Origin: an uncultured Verrucomicrobiae bacterium
Lineage (GTDB): Bacteria > Verrucomicrobiota > Verrucomicrobiia > Chthoniobacterales > Chthoniobacteraceae
DNA: 42,582 nucleotides
Reading direction: 5' to 3'
NCBI GenBank assembly: GCA_963769025.1
Contig: CAVYKI010000008.1
Coordinates: 1 to 42,582 of the forward strand
The translations under genes were made by a program, and so were the position numbers. The notes beneath the pieces were generated by a model. That model was not told where the DNA came from. It was given only the letters and a program-made list of their open reading frames with translations, and searched no databases. Positions 1-10,799 of this stretch are shown piece after piece (position 1 is the stretch's first letter; every line of letters begins with the position of its first letter).

Positions 1-59
1 AGGGACAAAAGGGTTCCACCTTTTGCAAAGTGACGGCGGGTCATGCGAGGGATGTTCAT
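1..59 (-). CDS. 5' end of a probable Tat-exported protein (runs off the window edge)
   Basis: The minus strand from ATG at 59 reads MNIPRMTRRHFAKGGTLLS with a twin-arginine motif (TRRHF). It is divergent from purH and not in the ORF track because it is truncated. Confidence 0.5.
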   Translation of the reverse strand, partial: MNIPRMTRRHFAKGGTLLS

Positions 60-206
60 CGGGCGGGAAGGTTCCTGCCGAGGGTATCCGCACCAGTCGC
101 GCAGCTTAGGACGCGTGACGCAACGCGAGTGCGCGCAAAGGCCGGCATCCATTTCCAGCGCGCCACTTGACCCACCCGCCGTCGCTGATAGCCTCCGCGC
201 CCTTCG

Positions 207-1733
207 ATGAAAATCACCCGCGCGCTCATCTCCGTTTCGGACAAGACCGGCCTAGTCGCCTTTGCACAGGAACTCTCCGCGATGGGAGTCGAAATCATCT
301 CCACCGGAGGCACGGCAAAGCTTCTGCAGGCGGAGAAAATCCCGGTGATCGAAATTTCACAATACACGGGCTTTCCCGAGATGATGGACGGACGCGTGAA
401 GACGCTGCACCCGAAGGTCCACGGCGGACTGCTGCATCTCCGCGACAATGCAGAACACGTGGCGCAGGCCAAGGAGCACGGCATCGAGCCAATCGATCTC
501 GTGGTCGTGAACCTGTATCCGTTTGAAGCCACGGTCGCGAAGGAAGGGGTGACGCTGGAGGAGGCCATCGAGCAGATCGACATCGGCGGCCCGTCGATGC
601 TCCGCAGCGCGGCGAAGAACTACCGGAGCGTGACGGTGGTCGTGGACCCGGCGGACTACACGGACGTGATCGATGCGATGAAGGCGAACGACGGCGAGAC
701 GACGCTGCAACTCCGCGAGCGGCTCGGCATCAAGGTCTTTGTCACCACTTCGAAGTACGACGGGGCGATCGCAAATTTCCTGAACGATGAGAAAGAGTGC
801 CCCTCGTCGTTCAGCATCAGCGAGCCGCTCGTTTCGCAACTCCGGCACGGCGAAAACCCGCACCAGACCGCCGCGCTCTACGGGCGCTGGAACGAACATT
901 TCGAGAAGCTCCACGGCAAGGATCTCTCGTATAACAACATCCTGGACATCACTGCCGCCGCCGAGCTCATCGAGGAATTCAGCGAGCCGACGGTCGCCAT
1001 TTTGAAGCACACCAACTCGTGCGGCGTGGGAAGCGACGCGGATTTGCGCGAGGCGTGGGACAAGGCGTTCGCGACGGACAAACAGGCGCCCTTCGGCGGC
1101 ATCATCATCTGCAACCGCCCGCTCACCGAGCCGCTCGCCCGCGCGATCAGCGAGATTTTCAGCGAGGTGATCATCGCCCCGGAATTCGAGCCCGATGCGC
1201 GCGCGCTGCTGCAGAAGAAGAAGAACCTGCGGCTGATGCGAATGCTCAGCCCGGTGCAGACGAAGGACGACCTCCTCATCCGCAGCGTGGTCGGCGGCGT
1301 GCTGGTGCAGGGCCGCGATATGTCGCCCGAGACGGACATCGAATCGAAGGTGGTGACCGCCCGCAAACCGACCGCTGACGAACTGGCAGCGATGCTCTTT
1401 GCGTGGAAAGTCGTGAAGCACGTGAAGAGCAACGCGATCGTGTACGCCGCGAAGGATCGCACGCTCGGAATCGGCGCCGGCCAGATGTCGCGCGTGGATT
1501 CGAGCCGCATCGCGATCTGGAAGGCGAAGGACGCGGGCCTCAGCCTCGCTGGCAGCGCTGTGGGCAGCGATGCATTCTTCCCATTTCCCGATGGCCTCAT
1601 CGCCGCGGCGGAGGCCGGCGCGACCTGTGCGATCCAGCCCGGCGGCTCCGTGAAGGATCCCGAGGTGATCGCCGCCGCGAACGAACGCCAGATGGCGATG
1701 ATTTGCACGGGAGTGCGGCATTTCAGGCACTGA
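207..1733 (+). CDS. purH: Bifunctional AICAR formyltransferase/IMP cyclohydrolase
   Basis: 508 aa with [62 protein letters not shown] and C-terminal GVRHFRH. Confidence 0.98.
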   Translation: MKITRALISVSDKTGLVAFAQELSAMGVEIISTGGTAKLLQAEKIPVIEISQYTGFPEMMDGRVKTLHPKVHGGLLHLRDNAEHVAQAKEHGIEPIDLVVVNLYPFEATVAKEGVTLEEAIEQIDIGGPSMLRSAAKNYRSVTVVVDPADYTDVIDAMKANDGETTLQLRERLGIKVFVTTSKYDGAIANFLNDEKECPSSFSISEPLVSQLRHGENPHQTAALYGRWNEHFEKLHGKDLSYNNILDITAAAELIEEFSEPTVAILKHTNSCGVGSDADLREAWDKAFATDKQAPFGGIIICNRPLTEPLARAISEIFSEVIIAPEFEPDARALLQKKKNLRLMRMLSPVQTKDDLLIRSVVGGVLVQGRDMSPETDIESKVVTARKPTADELAAMLFAWKVVKHVKSNAIVYAAKDRTLGIGAGQMSRVDSSRIAIWKAKDAGLSLAGSAVGSDAFFPFPDGLIAAAEAGATCAIQPGGSVKDPEVIAAANERQMAMICTGVRHFRH

Positions 1734-1748
1734 GCGACCGCGCCGCGA

Positions 1749-2480
1749 ATGAAACTCGGCGTCAACATTGACCACGTCGCCACGCTGCGCCAGGCGCGCT
1801 ACGCCGGCGGCATCGATGCACATAATGCGGAGCCGGACGTGCTCGCCGCAGCAGCGGTCTGCGAAAAGGCGGGCGCCCACGGCATCACCATCCACCTGCG
1901 CGCCGACCGTCGGCACATCCAGGACGCGGATGTTTTTCGCCTGCGCGATCAGCTCACGACGAAGATGAATCTCGAGATGGGCAACACGCCGGAGATTCTC
2001 GAAATTGCGTTGCGCGTGAAGCCCGCCGAAGTCTGCCTGGTGCCGGAGAACCGCCGCGAGGTGACCACCGAGGGAGGGCTGGATGTCGCCGGGCAATTCG
2101 ACGCCCTTCGCCCCACGGTCGATCGGCTGCGGGCCGCGGGCATCCGCGTGAGCATGTTCATCGAGCCGTCGCGCGAACAGATCGAGGTATCGCACAAGCT
2201 CGGCGCGGAGATCGTGGAGCTTCACACCGGTGCATTTGCGAACGCGACCAGCAACGCCCAGCGCGAGGAACTCGCGCGAATTCACGAGGCGTCGGTCTTT
2301 GCCCGCGGCCTCGGGTTGCAGGTGAATGCCGGGCACGGAATCAATTACACCAACATCGCGCTCATTCGTACGGTGCCGCATCTGGTCGAGCTGAACATCG
2401 GCCACAGCATCGTGTCGCGCGCCATTTTCTCCGGGCTCGACGCAGCCGTGCGCGAGATGCTCGCCTCGATGAATGCCTGA
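1749..2480 (+). CDS. pdxJ: Pyridoxine 5'-phosphate synthase
   Basis: LGVNIDHVATLRQAR, ITIHLRADRRHIQ, TTEGGLD, ELHTG, VNAGHG, ELNIGHSIVSRA. Confidence 0.98.
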   Translation: MKLGVNIDHVATLRQARYAGGIDAHNAEPDVLAAAAVCEKAGAHGITIHLRADRRHIQDADVFRLRDQLTTKMNLEMGNTPEILEIALRVKPAEVCLVPENRREVTTEGGLDVAGQFDALRPTVDRLRAAGIRVSMFIEPSREQIEVSHKLGAEIVELHTGAFANATSNAQREELARIHEASVFARGLGLQVNAGHGINYTNIALIRTVPHLVELNIGHSIVSRAIFSGLDAAVREMLASMNA

Positions 2481-2484
2481 CGCC

Positions 2485-2868
2485 ATGAGCGTGCTCGGCA
2501 TCGGCGTGGACATCGTGGAAATCGCGCGGTTCGCATCCGCGATGGAACGGAGTGGGCAGTCGCTCCTCGACCGCCTCTTTCTCCCTGCGGAGCAGGCCTA
2601 CTGCTCGCCCCAGCGTGAACCGGCCCGGTGCTACGCCGCGCGGTTCGCAGCAAAAGAGGCCGTGTCCAAGGCGCTCGGCACCGGCATCGGCGCGCAGCTT
2701 CACTGGCACGACATCGAGATTTGCCGCAAGGAAAGCGGCGCCCCGCACGTTGTCCTCAGCGGAATCGGTGCGGACACCGCCCGCGGGCTCGGCGTGGCCC
2801 AGGTGCTGCTGAGCCTCAGCCACAGCGAACACTACGCAGTGGCAAACGCGGTCGCGGTCGGCGGCTAG
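2485..2868 (+). CDS. acpS: Holo-[acyl-carrier-protein] synthase
   Basis: GIGVDIVEIARF, AARFAAKEAVSKALGTG, LSLSHSEHYAVA; follows pdxJ as is usual. Alternative start at 2473. Confidence 0.96.
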   Translation: MSVLGIGVDIVEIARFASAMERSGQSLLDRLFLPAEQAYCSPQREPARCYAARFAAKEAVSKALGTGIGAQLHWHDIEICRKESGAPHVVLSGIGADTARGLGVAQVLLSLSHSEHYAVANAVAVGG

Positions 2869-2881
2869 GCCGGCGCGTTCG

Positions 2882-5800
2882 CTATGCCGGCGTGTAATTC
2901 AGCCACGGACCGAGCCAGCGCTCCGCCTCGGCGAGGGACATTCCTTTGCGCTTCGCGTAGTCGGCGAGTTGGTCCTTGCCGAGTTTTCCGACGGCGAAGT
3001 AACGGGACTCCGGGTGCGCGAAGTAGAAGCCGCTCACGCTGCTGCCGGGCCACATCGCGCAGCTTTCGGTGAGCTTGATGCCGGTCTTCGCTTCCACGTC
3101 GAGGAGCTTCCAGAGCGTCTGCTTTTCCGTGTGATCCGGGCACGCCGGATAGCCAGGCGCGGGGCGGATGCCGCGGTATTTTTCCTCGATGAGATCGGCG
3201 GTGGTGAGCGATTCGGTCTTGCCGTAGCCCCACTCGTTGCGGACTCGCTTGTGCAGGCATTCGGCGAAGGCTTCTGCGAGACGATCTGCGACAGCTTCGG
3301 CCATGATGGCGTTGTAGTCGTCATGATCGGCTTTGAATTTCTTCACGAGTTCGTCGAGCCCGAAGCCGGTCGTGACGGCGAAGGCCGCGACGTGATCGCT
3401 GCCCTTGTCTGCGACGAAGTCGGCGAGGCATCGGTATGGGTTATCGTTGTCCTTCGCGACCTGTTGGCGGAGGTGGTGCAGGCGAGTGCGCTCGCTCGCG
3501 CGGGTCTCGTCGGTCCAGACGATGAGGTCGTCGCCGGTGCGGTTTGCCGGGAAGAAGCCATACACGGCGCGCGCGGTGAGCGAGCCATCGGCGATGAATC
3601 GGTCGAGCATCGCATTGGCATCGGCGAAAATCTTGCGCGCCTGCTCGCCGTATTTTTCGTGGTCGAGGATCTTCGGATAAACGCCGCGTAGTTCCCACGT
3701 GTGGAAAAATGGCGTCCAGTCAATGAACGGGCGCAGCTCGGCGAGCGGGAAATTTTCCAGCACGCGCACGCCGCTGAATTCCGGCTGCGGCAGGTCGCTG
3801 AACTCAAGCTTCGGTGCCTTCAGGCGTGCTTCTTCGATGGTGACGAGATTCGCAGCGCTGCCCGCGTGCTGCTGGCGGAGCGCTTCCTGATCAGTCGCAT
3901 TTTTTGCAACGAAATCCGCGCGGCCATCGGTGCTCAGCAGCGAGCTGACGACCGGCACGGCGCGGCTGGCGTCGAGGACGTGGACCACGGTGCCGTCGTA
4001 GTGCGGCGCGATTTTCACCGCCGTGTGCGCGCGCGATGTCGTCGCGCCGCCGATGAGCAGCGGGTGCTTCATGCCGAGGCGCTTCATCTCGCGGGCGACG
4101 TGCGTCATCTCGTCGAGCGAAGGCGTGATAAGGCCGCTGAGACCGATGATGTCCGCGCCGATCTCCACGGCTTTCGCCAGGATCTTGTCGCACGCGACCA
4201 TCACGCCCATGTCGGTGACCTCATAGTTGTTACACGCGAGCACGACGCCTACGATGTTCTTGCCGATGTCATGCACGTCGCCCTTCACGGTCGCGAGGAG
4301 CACCTTGCCCTGCGCCTTCACGGCTTCGCCGCGCGCGGCCATCGCGGCCTTCTCGGCCTCCATGAACGGCGTGAGGTACGCGACGGATTTCTTCATCACG
4401 CGCGCGGACTTCACGACCTGCGGCAGGAACATTTTCCCTGCGCCGAACAGATCGCCGACGACGCTCATGCCGTCCATGAGCGGGCCTTCGATGACGGTGA
4501 GCGGCTTGCCGTACTTCGCGAGCGCCTCGGCGGTGTCGGCATCAATGTGGAGATCGATCCCGCGCACGAGCGCGTGCGAGAGGCGTTCCTCGACGGTGCC
4601 CTTGCGCCATTCCTCCTCGACCTTCTTGTCGGCTGCGGTCGTGCCGGCGCTGGCGGCTTTCAATTTCTCGCCATGCTCCACGAGCCGTTCGGTCGCATCC
4701 GGGCGGCGGTTCAGCAGCACGTCCTCGACGAGTTCCTTCAGCTCCGGCTCGATCTCTTCGTACACTTCGAGCATCCCGGCATTCACGATGCCCATGTCCA
4801 TGCCCGCCTGGATCGCGTGGAAAAGGAACGCGCTGTGCATGGCCTCGCGCACGGGATTGTTGCCTCGGAAGCCGAACGAAACATTCGACACGCCGCCGCT
4901 CACCTTCGCGTGAGGGAGGTTCGCTTTGATCCACCGCGTGGCCTCGATGAAATCCACCGCATAGTTGTTGTGCTCTTCTATCCCGGTGCCGACGGTGAGG
5001 ATGTTCGGATCGAAAATGATGTCCTCGGGCGGGAAGCCGATCTCGTCCACCAGCATGCGGTAAGCGCGCTCGCAGATGCGGATTTTCTCCGCGTAAGTCG
5101 CCGCCTGTCCCTGCTCGTCGAACGCCATCACCACGACCGCTGCGCCGTATTTCAAAATGTGCCGCGCCTGCTGCCTGAACGCCTCCTCGCCGCCCTTGAG
5201 CGAGATCGAGTTCACGATGCCTTTTCCTTGCAGGCATTTCAGGCCGGCCTCGATCACTTCCCACTTCGAGGAATCCACCATGAAGGGCACTTTCGCCACG
5301 TCCGGCTCGCTGCCGAGGAGTTGCAGGAATCGCGACATCGCCGCGACGCCGTCAATCATCCCCTCGTCCATGCAGATGTCTATGATGTTGGCGCCGTTCT
5401 CAACCTGCTGCCGCGCGACCGCGACGGCCTCCTCGTAGTTTCCCGCCTTGATCAGCTTCGCGAATTTCGGCGACCCGGCGACGTTTGTGCGTTCGCCGAT
5501 CATCATGAACTGCCCGATCTGCTGCGTGAACGGCTGCGAGCCGGAAAGCCGCAGCGGCTTCGTCTCGACGGGCGACGAAATGCCACCGAGCCGCTCCGTG
5601 CCCGGCTCGCGCGGTGCGAGTTCGCGCGGGTGGCGGCTTTCGAGAGCCTTCGCGATTGCCGCGATGTGCTCGGGCGTGTTGCCGCAGCAGCCGCCCGCGA
5701 TATTCACGAGCCCGCTCTCGGCGAATTCGCCGAGGTAGCGCCCCATGTCCTCGGGGTTCAGATCAAAGCCCGTCGGCGAAAGCGGATTCGGCAGACCGGC

Positions 5801-6679
5801 ATTCGGGTAGCACGAAATCGCAGCGCCCGCCTTTTGCGACAGCTCTTCGAGAAATGGCCGCATGAGGTCCGGCCCGAGCGAGCAGTTCAGCCCGATGGAG
5901 AGCGGCTTCACGTGCGCGACCGCATTCCAAAACGCCTCGACCGTCTGCGCCGAAATCATCGTCTCGCCACCACGCCCGACCGCCGCGGAAAACGACACCG
6001 GCAGGATCATCTTGTCCTCCTCGAAGACCTCCTGGATCGCGACCGTCGCCGCCTTCGCGTTCAGCGAATCGAAGATCGTCTCCACGAGCAGAAAGTCCGA
6101 GCCGCCCGCGATCAGCGCGCGGATCTGCACTTTGTAGGCCGCCTTCACCTGATCAAATGTGCAGACGCGGAAGCCCGCATCGTCCGCATCCGGCGAGTTG
6201 GAAAGCGACACCGTGAGCGGTCCGATCGCGCCCGCAACGAAGCGCTGCTTACCGTCCTTGCTCCCGACGCGGTCCGCCCATTCGCGGCACTGCCTCGCGG
6301 AGGTCTCATTGATCTCCCACGCGAGGTCGTTGAGGAATTTGTCCTCGATGATCTTCTGGTAAAAGTCCGGGTCCTTCCGCCCTCCGAATTCGCGCGGGTC
6401 GTCCACGAAAAACTCGCTCTGCCCGATGCTCGTCGCCGAGAAAGTATTCGTCTCGATGATGTCCGCGCCCGCTTCGAGGAAGCGCCGGTGGATATCGCCA
6501 ATCATCGCCCCCTGCGTGATCGAAAAAAGGTCGCCGTTGTTCAGCAGATCCTTCTTCGAATCGCGAAACCGCTCCCCGCGAATGTCCGCCTCCGTCATTC
6601 CATAAGTGCGGATCGTGGTGCCCATCGCGCCGTCAATAATGGCGATTCGTCGGCGGAGGAGAGCTTCTAAGGGATGCAT
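2882..6679 (-). CDS. metH: Cobalamin-dependent methionine synthase
   Basis: DGAMGT, GGCCG Zn ligands, [10 protein letters not shown] pterin domain, [14 protein letters not shown] cap, [11 protein letters not shown]12-binding motif, [14 protein letters not shown] activation domain. Start taken at ATG 6679 (MHPLEALL). Confidence 0.98.
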   Translation of the reverse strand: MHPLEALLRRRIAIIDGAMGTTIRTYGMTEADIRGERFRDSKKDLLNNGDLFSITQGAMIGDIHRRFLEAGADIIETNTFSATSIGQSEFFVDDPREFGGRKDPDFYQKIIEDKFLNDLAWEINETSARQCREWADRVGSKDGKQRFVAGAIGPLTVSLSNSPDADDAGFRVCTFDQVKAAYKVQIRALIAGGSDFLLVETIFDSLNAKAATVAIQEVFEEDKMILPVSFSAAVGRGGETMISAQTVEAFWNAVAHVKPLSIGLNCSLGPDLMRPFLEELSQKAGAAISCYPNAGLPNPLSPTGFDLNPEDMGRYLGEFAESGLVNIAGGCCGNTPEHIAAIAKALESRHPRELAPREPGTERLGGISSPVETKPLRLSGSQPFTQQIGQFMMIGERTNVAGSPKFAKLIKAGNYEEAVAVARQQVENGANIIDICMDEGMIDGVAAMSRFLQLLGSEPDVAKVPFMVDSSKWEVIEAGLKCLQGKGIVNSISLKGGEEAFRQQARHILKYGAAVVVMAFDEQGQAATYAEKIRICERAYRMLVDEIGFPPEDIIFDPNILTVGTGIEEHNNYAVDFIEATRWIKANLPHAKVSGGVSNVSFGFRGNNPVREAMHSAFLFHAIQAGMDMGIVNAGMLEVYEEIEPELKELVEDVLLNRRPDATERLVEHGEKLKAASAGTTAADKKVEEEWRKGTVEERLSHALVRGIDLHIDADTAEALAKYGKPLTVIEGPLMDGMSVVGDLFGAGKMFLPQVVKSARVMKKSVAYLTPFMEAEKAAMAARGEAVKAQGKVLLATVKGDVHDIGKNIVGVVLACNNYEVTDMGVMVACDKILAKAVEIGADIIGLSGLITPSLDEMTHVAREMKRLGMKHPLLIGGATTSRAHTAVKIAPHYDGTVVHVLDASRAVPVVSSLLSTDGRADFVAKNATDQEALRQQHAGSAANLVTIEEARLKAPKLEFSDLPQPEFSGVRVLENFPLAELRPFIDWTPFFHTWELRGVYPKILDHEKYGEQARKIFADANAMLDRFIADGSLTARAVYGFFPANRTGDDLIVWTDETRASERTRLHHLRQQVAKDNDNPYRCLADFVADKGSDHVAAFAVTTGFGLDELVKKFKADHDDYNAIMAEAVADRLAEAFAECLHKRVRNEWGYGKTESLTTADLIEEKYRGIRPAPGYPACPDHTEKQTLWKLLDVEAKTGIKLTESCAMWPGSSVSGFYFAHPESRYFAVGKLGKDQLADYAKRKGMSLAEAERWLGPWLNYTPA

Positions 6680-6802
6680 GACGGAGACAATAAGAGCATG
6701 GTTTGCAGGCGCTTCAAGATTCAAAGTGACGCATCATGATTTGGTGATGGGTCGTGCTTTGAGGCTCAATCTGGCCCATCTCGGTCGAAAACCCGGCCTT
6801 CG

Positions 6803-8560
6803 CTACATGCGTTCTGGCACGCCGATGCCGAGGAGGTCGAGGCCCTTGGCCAGCACACGCGCGGTGGTATCGCAGAGAATGAGGCGCGAATTGCGGACGG
6901 ATTCCTCCGCCTTCAGCACCGGGCAGTTCTCGAAGAAGGAGTGGAATGCTCCGGCGAGCTCATAGAGGTAGTTGCAGAGCAAATTCGGCCGGTAGTCGTC
7001 GAGGATCGTCGGGAGGATCTCTCCAAACTGCCCGAGCTTCTTTGCGAGGGTCAGTTCCGCAGGCTCGGTGAATTGCGCGTTGGACCCTGGACGCTGGACG
7101 TCGGAGGTTCCTTCCGCCGCCTTGCGGAAAATCGAGCGTATGCGGACGTAGCTGTATTGGAGGTATGGCGCGGTGTTGCCTTGGAAACTCAGCATTTTCT
7201 CCCATGAGAAAACGTAATCGCCCTGACGGTTCGGGAGCAGGTCGGCATACTTCACGGCACCGAGGCCGACGATTTGCGCGATGTCCCGGCGCTCGGCCTC
7301 GGGCATGTCGGGATTTTTTTCGGCGATCACTTTCGCTGCGCGATCCACGGCTTCGTCGAGCAGGTCGGCGAGCTTCACGGTGTCGCCGCTGCGGGTTTTG
7401 AAGGGCTTGCCGTCCTCGCCGAGGATGCTGCCGAACCACACGTGCGCGAGTTTCATCTGCACCTTCGGCTGCCAGCGCCGCCAGATCGCGAAGAGCTGCC
7501 GGAAGTGGTGCTGCTGCCGGCCGTCGGTCACGTAGATGACTTCATCCGGCGAAATCTCGCGGCTGCGGTAGTCGAGCGTGGCGAGGTCGGTCGTGGTGTA
7601 GTTCGCGGCGCCATCGGCCTTCTGCACGAGGGCGGGCGCGGGCTTCCATCCGTTCTCGTCCTTGATCAAAAACGGATCCTCCTTCTCCGGCACGGAGCCG
7701 TCGCTGAAGACGCACAGCGCGCCGTCGCTCTCGCGGGCGATGCCCTTTTCCAAGAGCGAAGAGGCGACGTCCTTCAGCCACGGGTTGTAGAAGGATTCGC
7801 CGAGCGTGAGATCGAAATGGATCCCGAGCCGCGAGTAGATCGTGTCGAACTGCACCTGCGAAAGGCGGATCATCTCGCGCCAGATGCCGAGGTTTTCGTT
7901 GTCGCCGGATTGCAGCTTCACGAGCTCGGCGCGCGCGGCGTCGAGCTGCGCAGGGTCGGACTTGCAGCGTTCGTTCTGCGCCTTGTAGATGCGCTCGAGC
8001 TCGCCGATCGGGTCCGCCGCAAGCGCGTCCTTGTCGAGGATCGTCTTCCACGCGAGGCAGAGCATTCCGAACTGCGTGCCCCAGTCGCCGATGTGGTTGT
8101 CCGTCACGACCGTGTGGCCGAGGAATCGCCCGATGCGGGCGAGCGCGTCACCAAGAAAAGTGCTGCGGATGTGGCCGACATGCATCGGCTTCGCGACGTT
8201 GGGCGAGGAGAAATCGATCACGATGCGCCGTTGCGGAAGCGGCGGAACGCCGTGGCGATCATCCGCGGCAAGCGCGGTGAAATGCGCGACGATGGTGGCG
8301 GGCCTGAGCCGGAAATTGATGAACCCGGCGCCAGCGATCTCCGGCTTCTCGCACAGGTCGTCCACCTGCAGCTTCGCGATGATCTCCGTCGCGAGCTGGC
8401 GCGGATTTGCGCGGCGAGGCTTGGCGAGTTGCATGGCGACATTCGACTGGTAGTCGCCGAAACGCGCGTCCTGCGCAGACTGCACGGTCACGGGCACACC
8501 GCCGCTTTCGCCGACGGCGGCAAGGAGACGGGATTCGAGGATGGACTGGATGGTTTCCAT
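6803..8560 (-). CDS. argS: Arginine--tRNA ligase
   Basis: FGDYQSN, DFSSPNVAKPMHVGHIRS (HIGH-like), NHIGDWGTQFG, FKTRSG, GNTAPYLQY, C-terminal LLGIGVPERM. Confidence 0.98.
   Translation of the reverse strand: METIQSILESRLLAAVGESGGVPVTVQSAQDARFGDYQSNVAMQLAKPRRANPRQLATEIIAKLQVDDLCEKPEIAGAGFINFRLRPATIVAHFTALAADDRHGVPPLPQRRIVIDFSSPNVAKPMHVGHIRSTFLGDALARIGRFLGHTVVTDNHIGDWGTQFGMLCLAWKTILDKDALAADPIGELERIYKAQNERCKSDPAQLDAARAELVKLQSGDNENLGIWREMIRLSQVQFDTIYSRLGIHFDLTLGESFYNPWLKDVASSLLEKGIARESDGALCVFSDGSVPEKEDPFLIKDENGWKPAPALVQKADGAANYTTTDLATLDYRSREISPDEVIYVTDGRQQHHFRQLFAIWRRWQPKVQMKLAHVWFGSILGEDGKPFKTRSGDTVKLADLLDEAVDRAAKVIAEKNPDMPEAERRDIAQIVGLGAVKYADLLPNRQGDYVFSWEKMLSFQGNTAPYLQYSYVRIRSIFRKAAEGTSDVQRPGSNAQFTEPAELTLAKKLGQFGEILPTILDDYRPNLLCNYLYELAGAFHSFFENCPVLKAEESVRNSRLILCDTTARVLAKGLDLLGIGVPERM
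7079..7106 (-). repeat. Degenerate heptamer tandem repeat inside argS
   Basis: Coding strand CTCCGAC GTCCAGC GTCCAGG GTCCAAC encodes (T)SDVQRPGSN in a variable loop. Confidence 0.45.
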
Positions 8561-8673
8561 GGAAAAAGGGCAGGTCATTTAGCCGCTTGAGAGGCGGAGG
8601 ACACGGAGAAAGCGCGTCTTTTGCCGCCGCAATGCAACGGGAGCGCCGACGCTGAATCGCGCGGCGCGGGGAA

Positions 8674-9138
8674 CTACGCGGGCTGGCTCTTCTCGAAGAC
8701 CGCGAGGATGTCCGCGCCAGTCGGAGCCGAACCCAGACGTTCGCGGACGGAGCGGTCGTTCAGGAATTTTGCAATCGCGGCAAGCGTTCGCAGGTGCGTC
8801 TGGAACTGATCCTTCGGCACAACGAAGAGGACGACAAATTTCACGAGCGCGTTGTCCAGCGCCTCGAATTCGATGCCCTTGCTGGAACGCCCGAACGCCG
8901 CGACCACCTTCGTCACGCGGTCGCTGGAGGCGTGCGGGATGGCGATGCCGAAGCCGATGCCGGTGCTCATCGTCTCCTCGCGCGCACGGAGCGCGGCGAG
9001 CACGGTCTCACGGTCCGCCTCGGCGATCTGGCCGTGCGTGACGAGGAGGTTTACGAGTTCCGCGATTGCCGCGTACCGTTCCGTCGCCTGCATCTCGGGG
9101 ATGATCGAGTCTGCGGAGAGGAGATTTCCTAAGGTCAT
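8674..9138 (-). CDS. PTS EIIA (Ntr/fructose-type) domain protein
   Basis: 154 aa from ATG 9138; REETMSTGIGFGIAIPHA with the phospho-acceptor His, GIEFEALD, HLRTLAAIAK. Confidence 0.92.
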   Translation of the reverse strand: MTLGNLLSADSIIPEMQATERYAAIAELVNLLVTHGQIAEADRETVLAALRAREETMSTGIGFGIAIPHASSDRVTKVVAAFGRSSKGIEFEALDNALVKFVVLFVVPKDQFQTHLRTLAAIAKFLNDRSVRERLGSAPTGADILAVFEKSQPA

Positions 9139-9250
9139 GCGTCGGTTGGTGCCAAGGTTTGGGGCGGGGAGCCTAGGTGTGGCGTCCGGTGTGGCAAGCG
9201 CGATCTCGGCGTGTTCGTGCTTCCGTTGCGTGCGTGTTTTGCGGCAAGGC

Positions 9251-10633
9251 ATGGGCGTGCTTCCCAAACTCACAGGCGACGTCCCCGGCCCGCGCTCGCG
9301 CGAACTCGCGGCGCAGCTTCGGCGTTTCGAGTCGCGGAATGTCACCTTCACCGCGGAGGACTGGCCGATTTTCTGGGAGCGCGCCGAGGGCGCGAATGTG
9401 TGGGACGCCGACGGGAATTGCTTCCTCGATCTCACGTCGGCGTTCGGCGTGGCGGCTGCGGGACACACCCGCCCGGAGATCCGCGACGCGCTCGCGGCGC
9501 AGGCGTCGAAGCTCATGCACGTGATGGGCGACGTGCATCCCGCCGCAGCAAAGGCCGAACTGTGCGAGCGGCTGAGTGCGCTGACTTTCGAGCGCTGGGG
9601 CGCGGGCACGGGGAAAGTGATCCTCGGCAATTCCGGCTTCGAGGCCATCGAGGCGGCGCTGAAGACCTCGCTGCTGCATTCGGGAAAGCCGGGCGTCATC
9701 GCGTTTCGCGGCGGCTACCATGGGCTCGGCTTTGGCGCGCTCGCTGCGGGCGGCATTCCGTTTTTCCGCGAGCCGTTCCGCGCACAGCTCAGCGATTTCG
9801 CGGCGCTGCTGCCGTATCCCGGCTGCTACCGGTGCCCGTACGGCGCGCGCGAGGGATTCCGGCTGGAAGGCCGCGATTTTCCAAACTGCTCGAATGCGTG
9901 CCTGGAAAAGCTGCACACCGAGATCGACGACACCATCCGCCAGCGCGAAATCGGCGCGATTCTGGTCGAGCCGATCCAAGGGCGCGGCGGCTGCGTCGTC
10001 CCGCCGCGCGATTTCCTCCGGCTGCTGCGACACGTCTGCGACGAGCACAAGATCCTGCTCATCGCGGATGAAATCCTCACGGGCTTCAACCGCACCGGCG
10101 CGCTCTTTGCCTGCGAGCACGCGGACGTCGTGCCGGACATCATCTGCCTCGGCAAGGCGCTCACCGGCGGCTTTCCGCTCAGCGCGTGCGTGGGCCGTGC
10201 GGACATCATGGACGCGTGGCCCGCATCCGGCGGCGAAGCGCTGCACACAAGCACCTTTCTCGGCAATCCCCTCGGCTGCGCGATGGCGCTGGCCTCGATG
10301 AAGATTCACGCGGACCCGGAGATCGCACGCACGGTGCGCGAAAAAGGTGCGGCATTGAAAACCGCGCTGCATGCGATCCGCTCGCCGCACATCGGCGATG
10401 TCCGCGGTGCCGGGCTGATGCTCGGCATCGAACTCACCGAACCCGGCAAGGACGCTCCCGCGACGGAACTCGCGATCTCGATCGTGAAACAGGCGCTGAA
10501 AGACGGCGTCATCCTCCTGGCCGATTCGCCGGCCAGCAATGTCCTCAGCTTCACGCCACCCTTCTGCATTTCCGAGGAGGAGATCGCGTTCGCCGCTTCA
10601 TGGCTGGAGCGGGCGCTGGCGCAGCGGGCGTGA
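9251..10633 (+). CDS. Class III PLP-dependent aminotransferase (4-aminobutyrate/ornithine aminotransferase-like)
   Basis: WDADGNCFLDL, NSGFEAIEAALK, GGYHG, EPIQGRGG, LIADEILTGFNRTG, PDIICLGKALTGG (PLP lysine), TFLGNP. Confidence 0.93.
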   Translation: MGVLPKLTGDVPGPRSRELAAQLRRFESRNVTFTAEDWPIFWERAEGANVWDADGNCFLDLTSAFGVAAAGHTRPEIRDALAAQASKLMHVMGDVHPAAAKAELCERLSALTFERWGAGTGKVILGNSGFEAIEAALKTSLLHSGKPGVIAFRGGYHGLGFGALAAGGIPFFREPFRAQLSDFAALLPYPGCYRCPYGAREGFRLEGRDFPNCSNACLEKLHTEIDDTIRQREIGAILVEPIQGRGGCVVPPRDFLRLLRHVCDEHKILLIADEILTGFNRTGALFACEHADVVPDIICLGKALTGGFPLSACVGRADIMDAWPASGGEALHTSTFLGNPLGCAMALASMKIHADPEIARTVREKGAALKTALHAIRSPHIGDVRGAGLMLGIELTEPGKDAPATELAISIVKQALKDGVILLADSPASNVLSFTPPFCISEEEIAFAASWLERALAQRA

Positions 10634-10799
10634 GTTTGCCGCGGAGCACGCCCGCGCCGAAACCGGGGCGGGCCGACGCGGCTCCGAAGAACGGGCGTTT
10701 CCTCATTGACGGGAAGCGCGTGAAACGGGACTTCTCCCGCCCGCCTCCGTCCAATTCTGGCCGGAATTCCACATCCAACGTCCAGCCACACCACCAATT

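Noticed and set aside
5565..5650. Short palindromic segment (GAGCCG...CGGCTC) in the MetH inter-domain linker as a REP-like insertion
   Set aside because: Single copy in the window, short stem in GC-rich DNA, and the linker is naturally variable.
6680..6802. Possible SAM or cobalamin riboswitch upstream of metH
   Set aside because: Only about 120 nt between argS and metH, with no recognisable aptamer motifs.
8852..9699. Apparent long overlap between the PTS IIA and aminotransferase ORFs
   Set aside because: Caused by over-extended ORF starts; motif-based starts at 9138 (-) and 9251 (+) give an ordinary divergent pair.
9810..9905. Cys cluster CYRCP...C...C in the aminotransferase as a novel metal site
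   Set aside because: This Cys-rich loop is common in class III aminotransferases.
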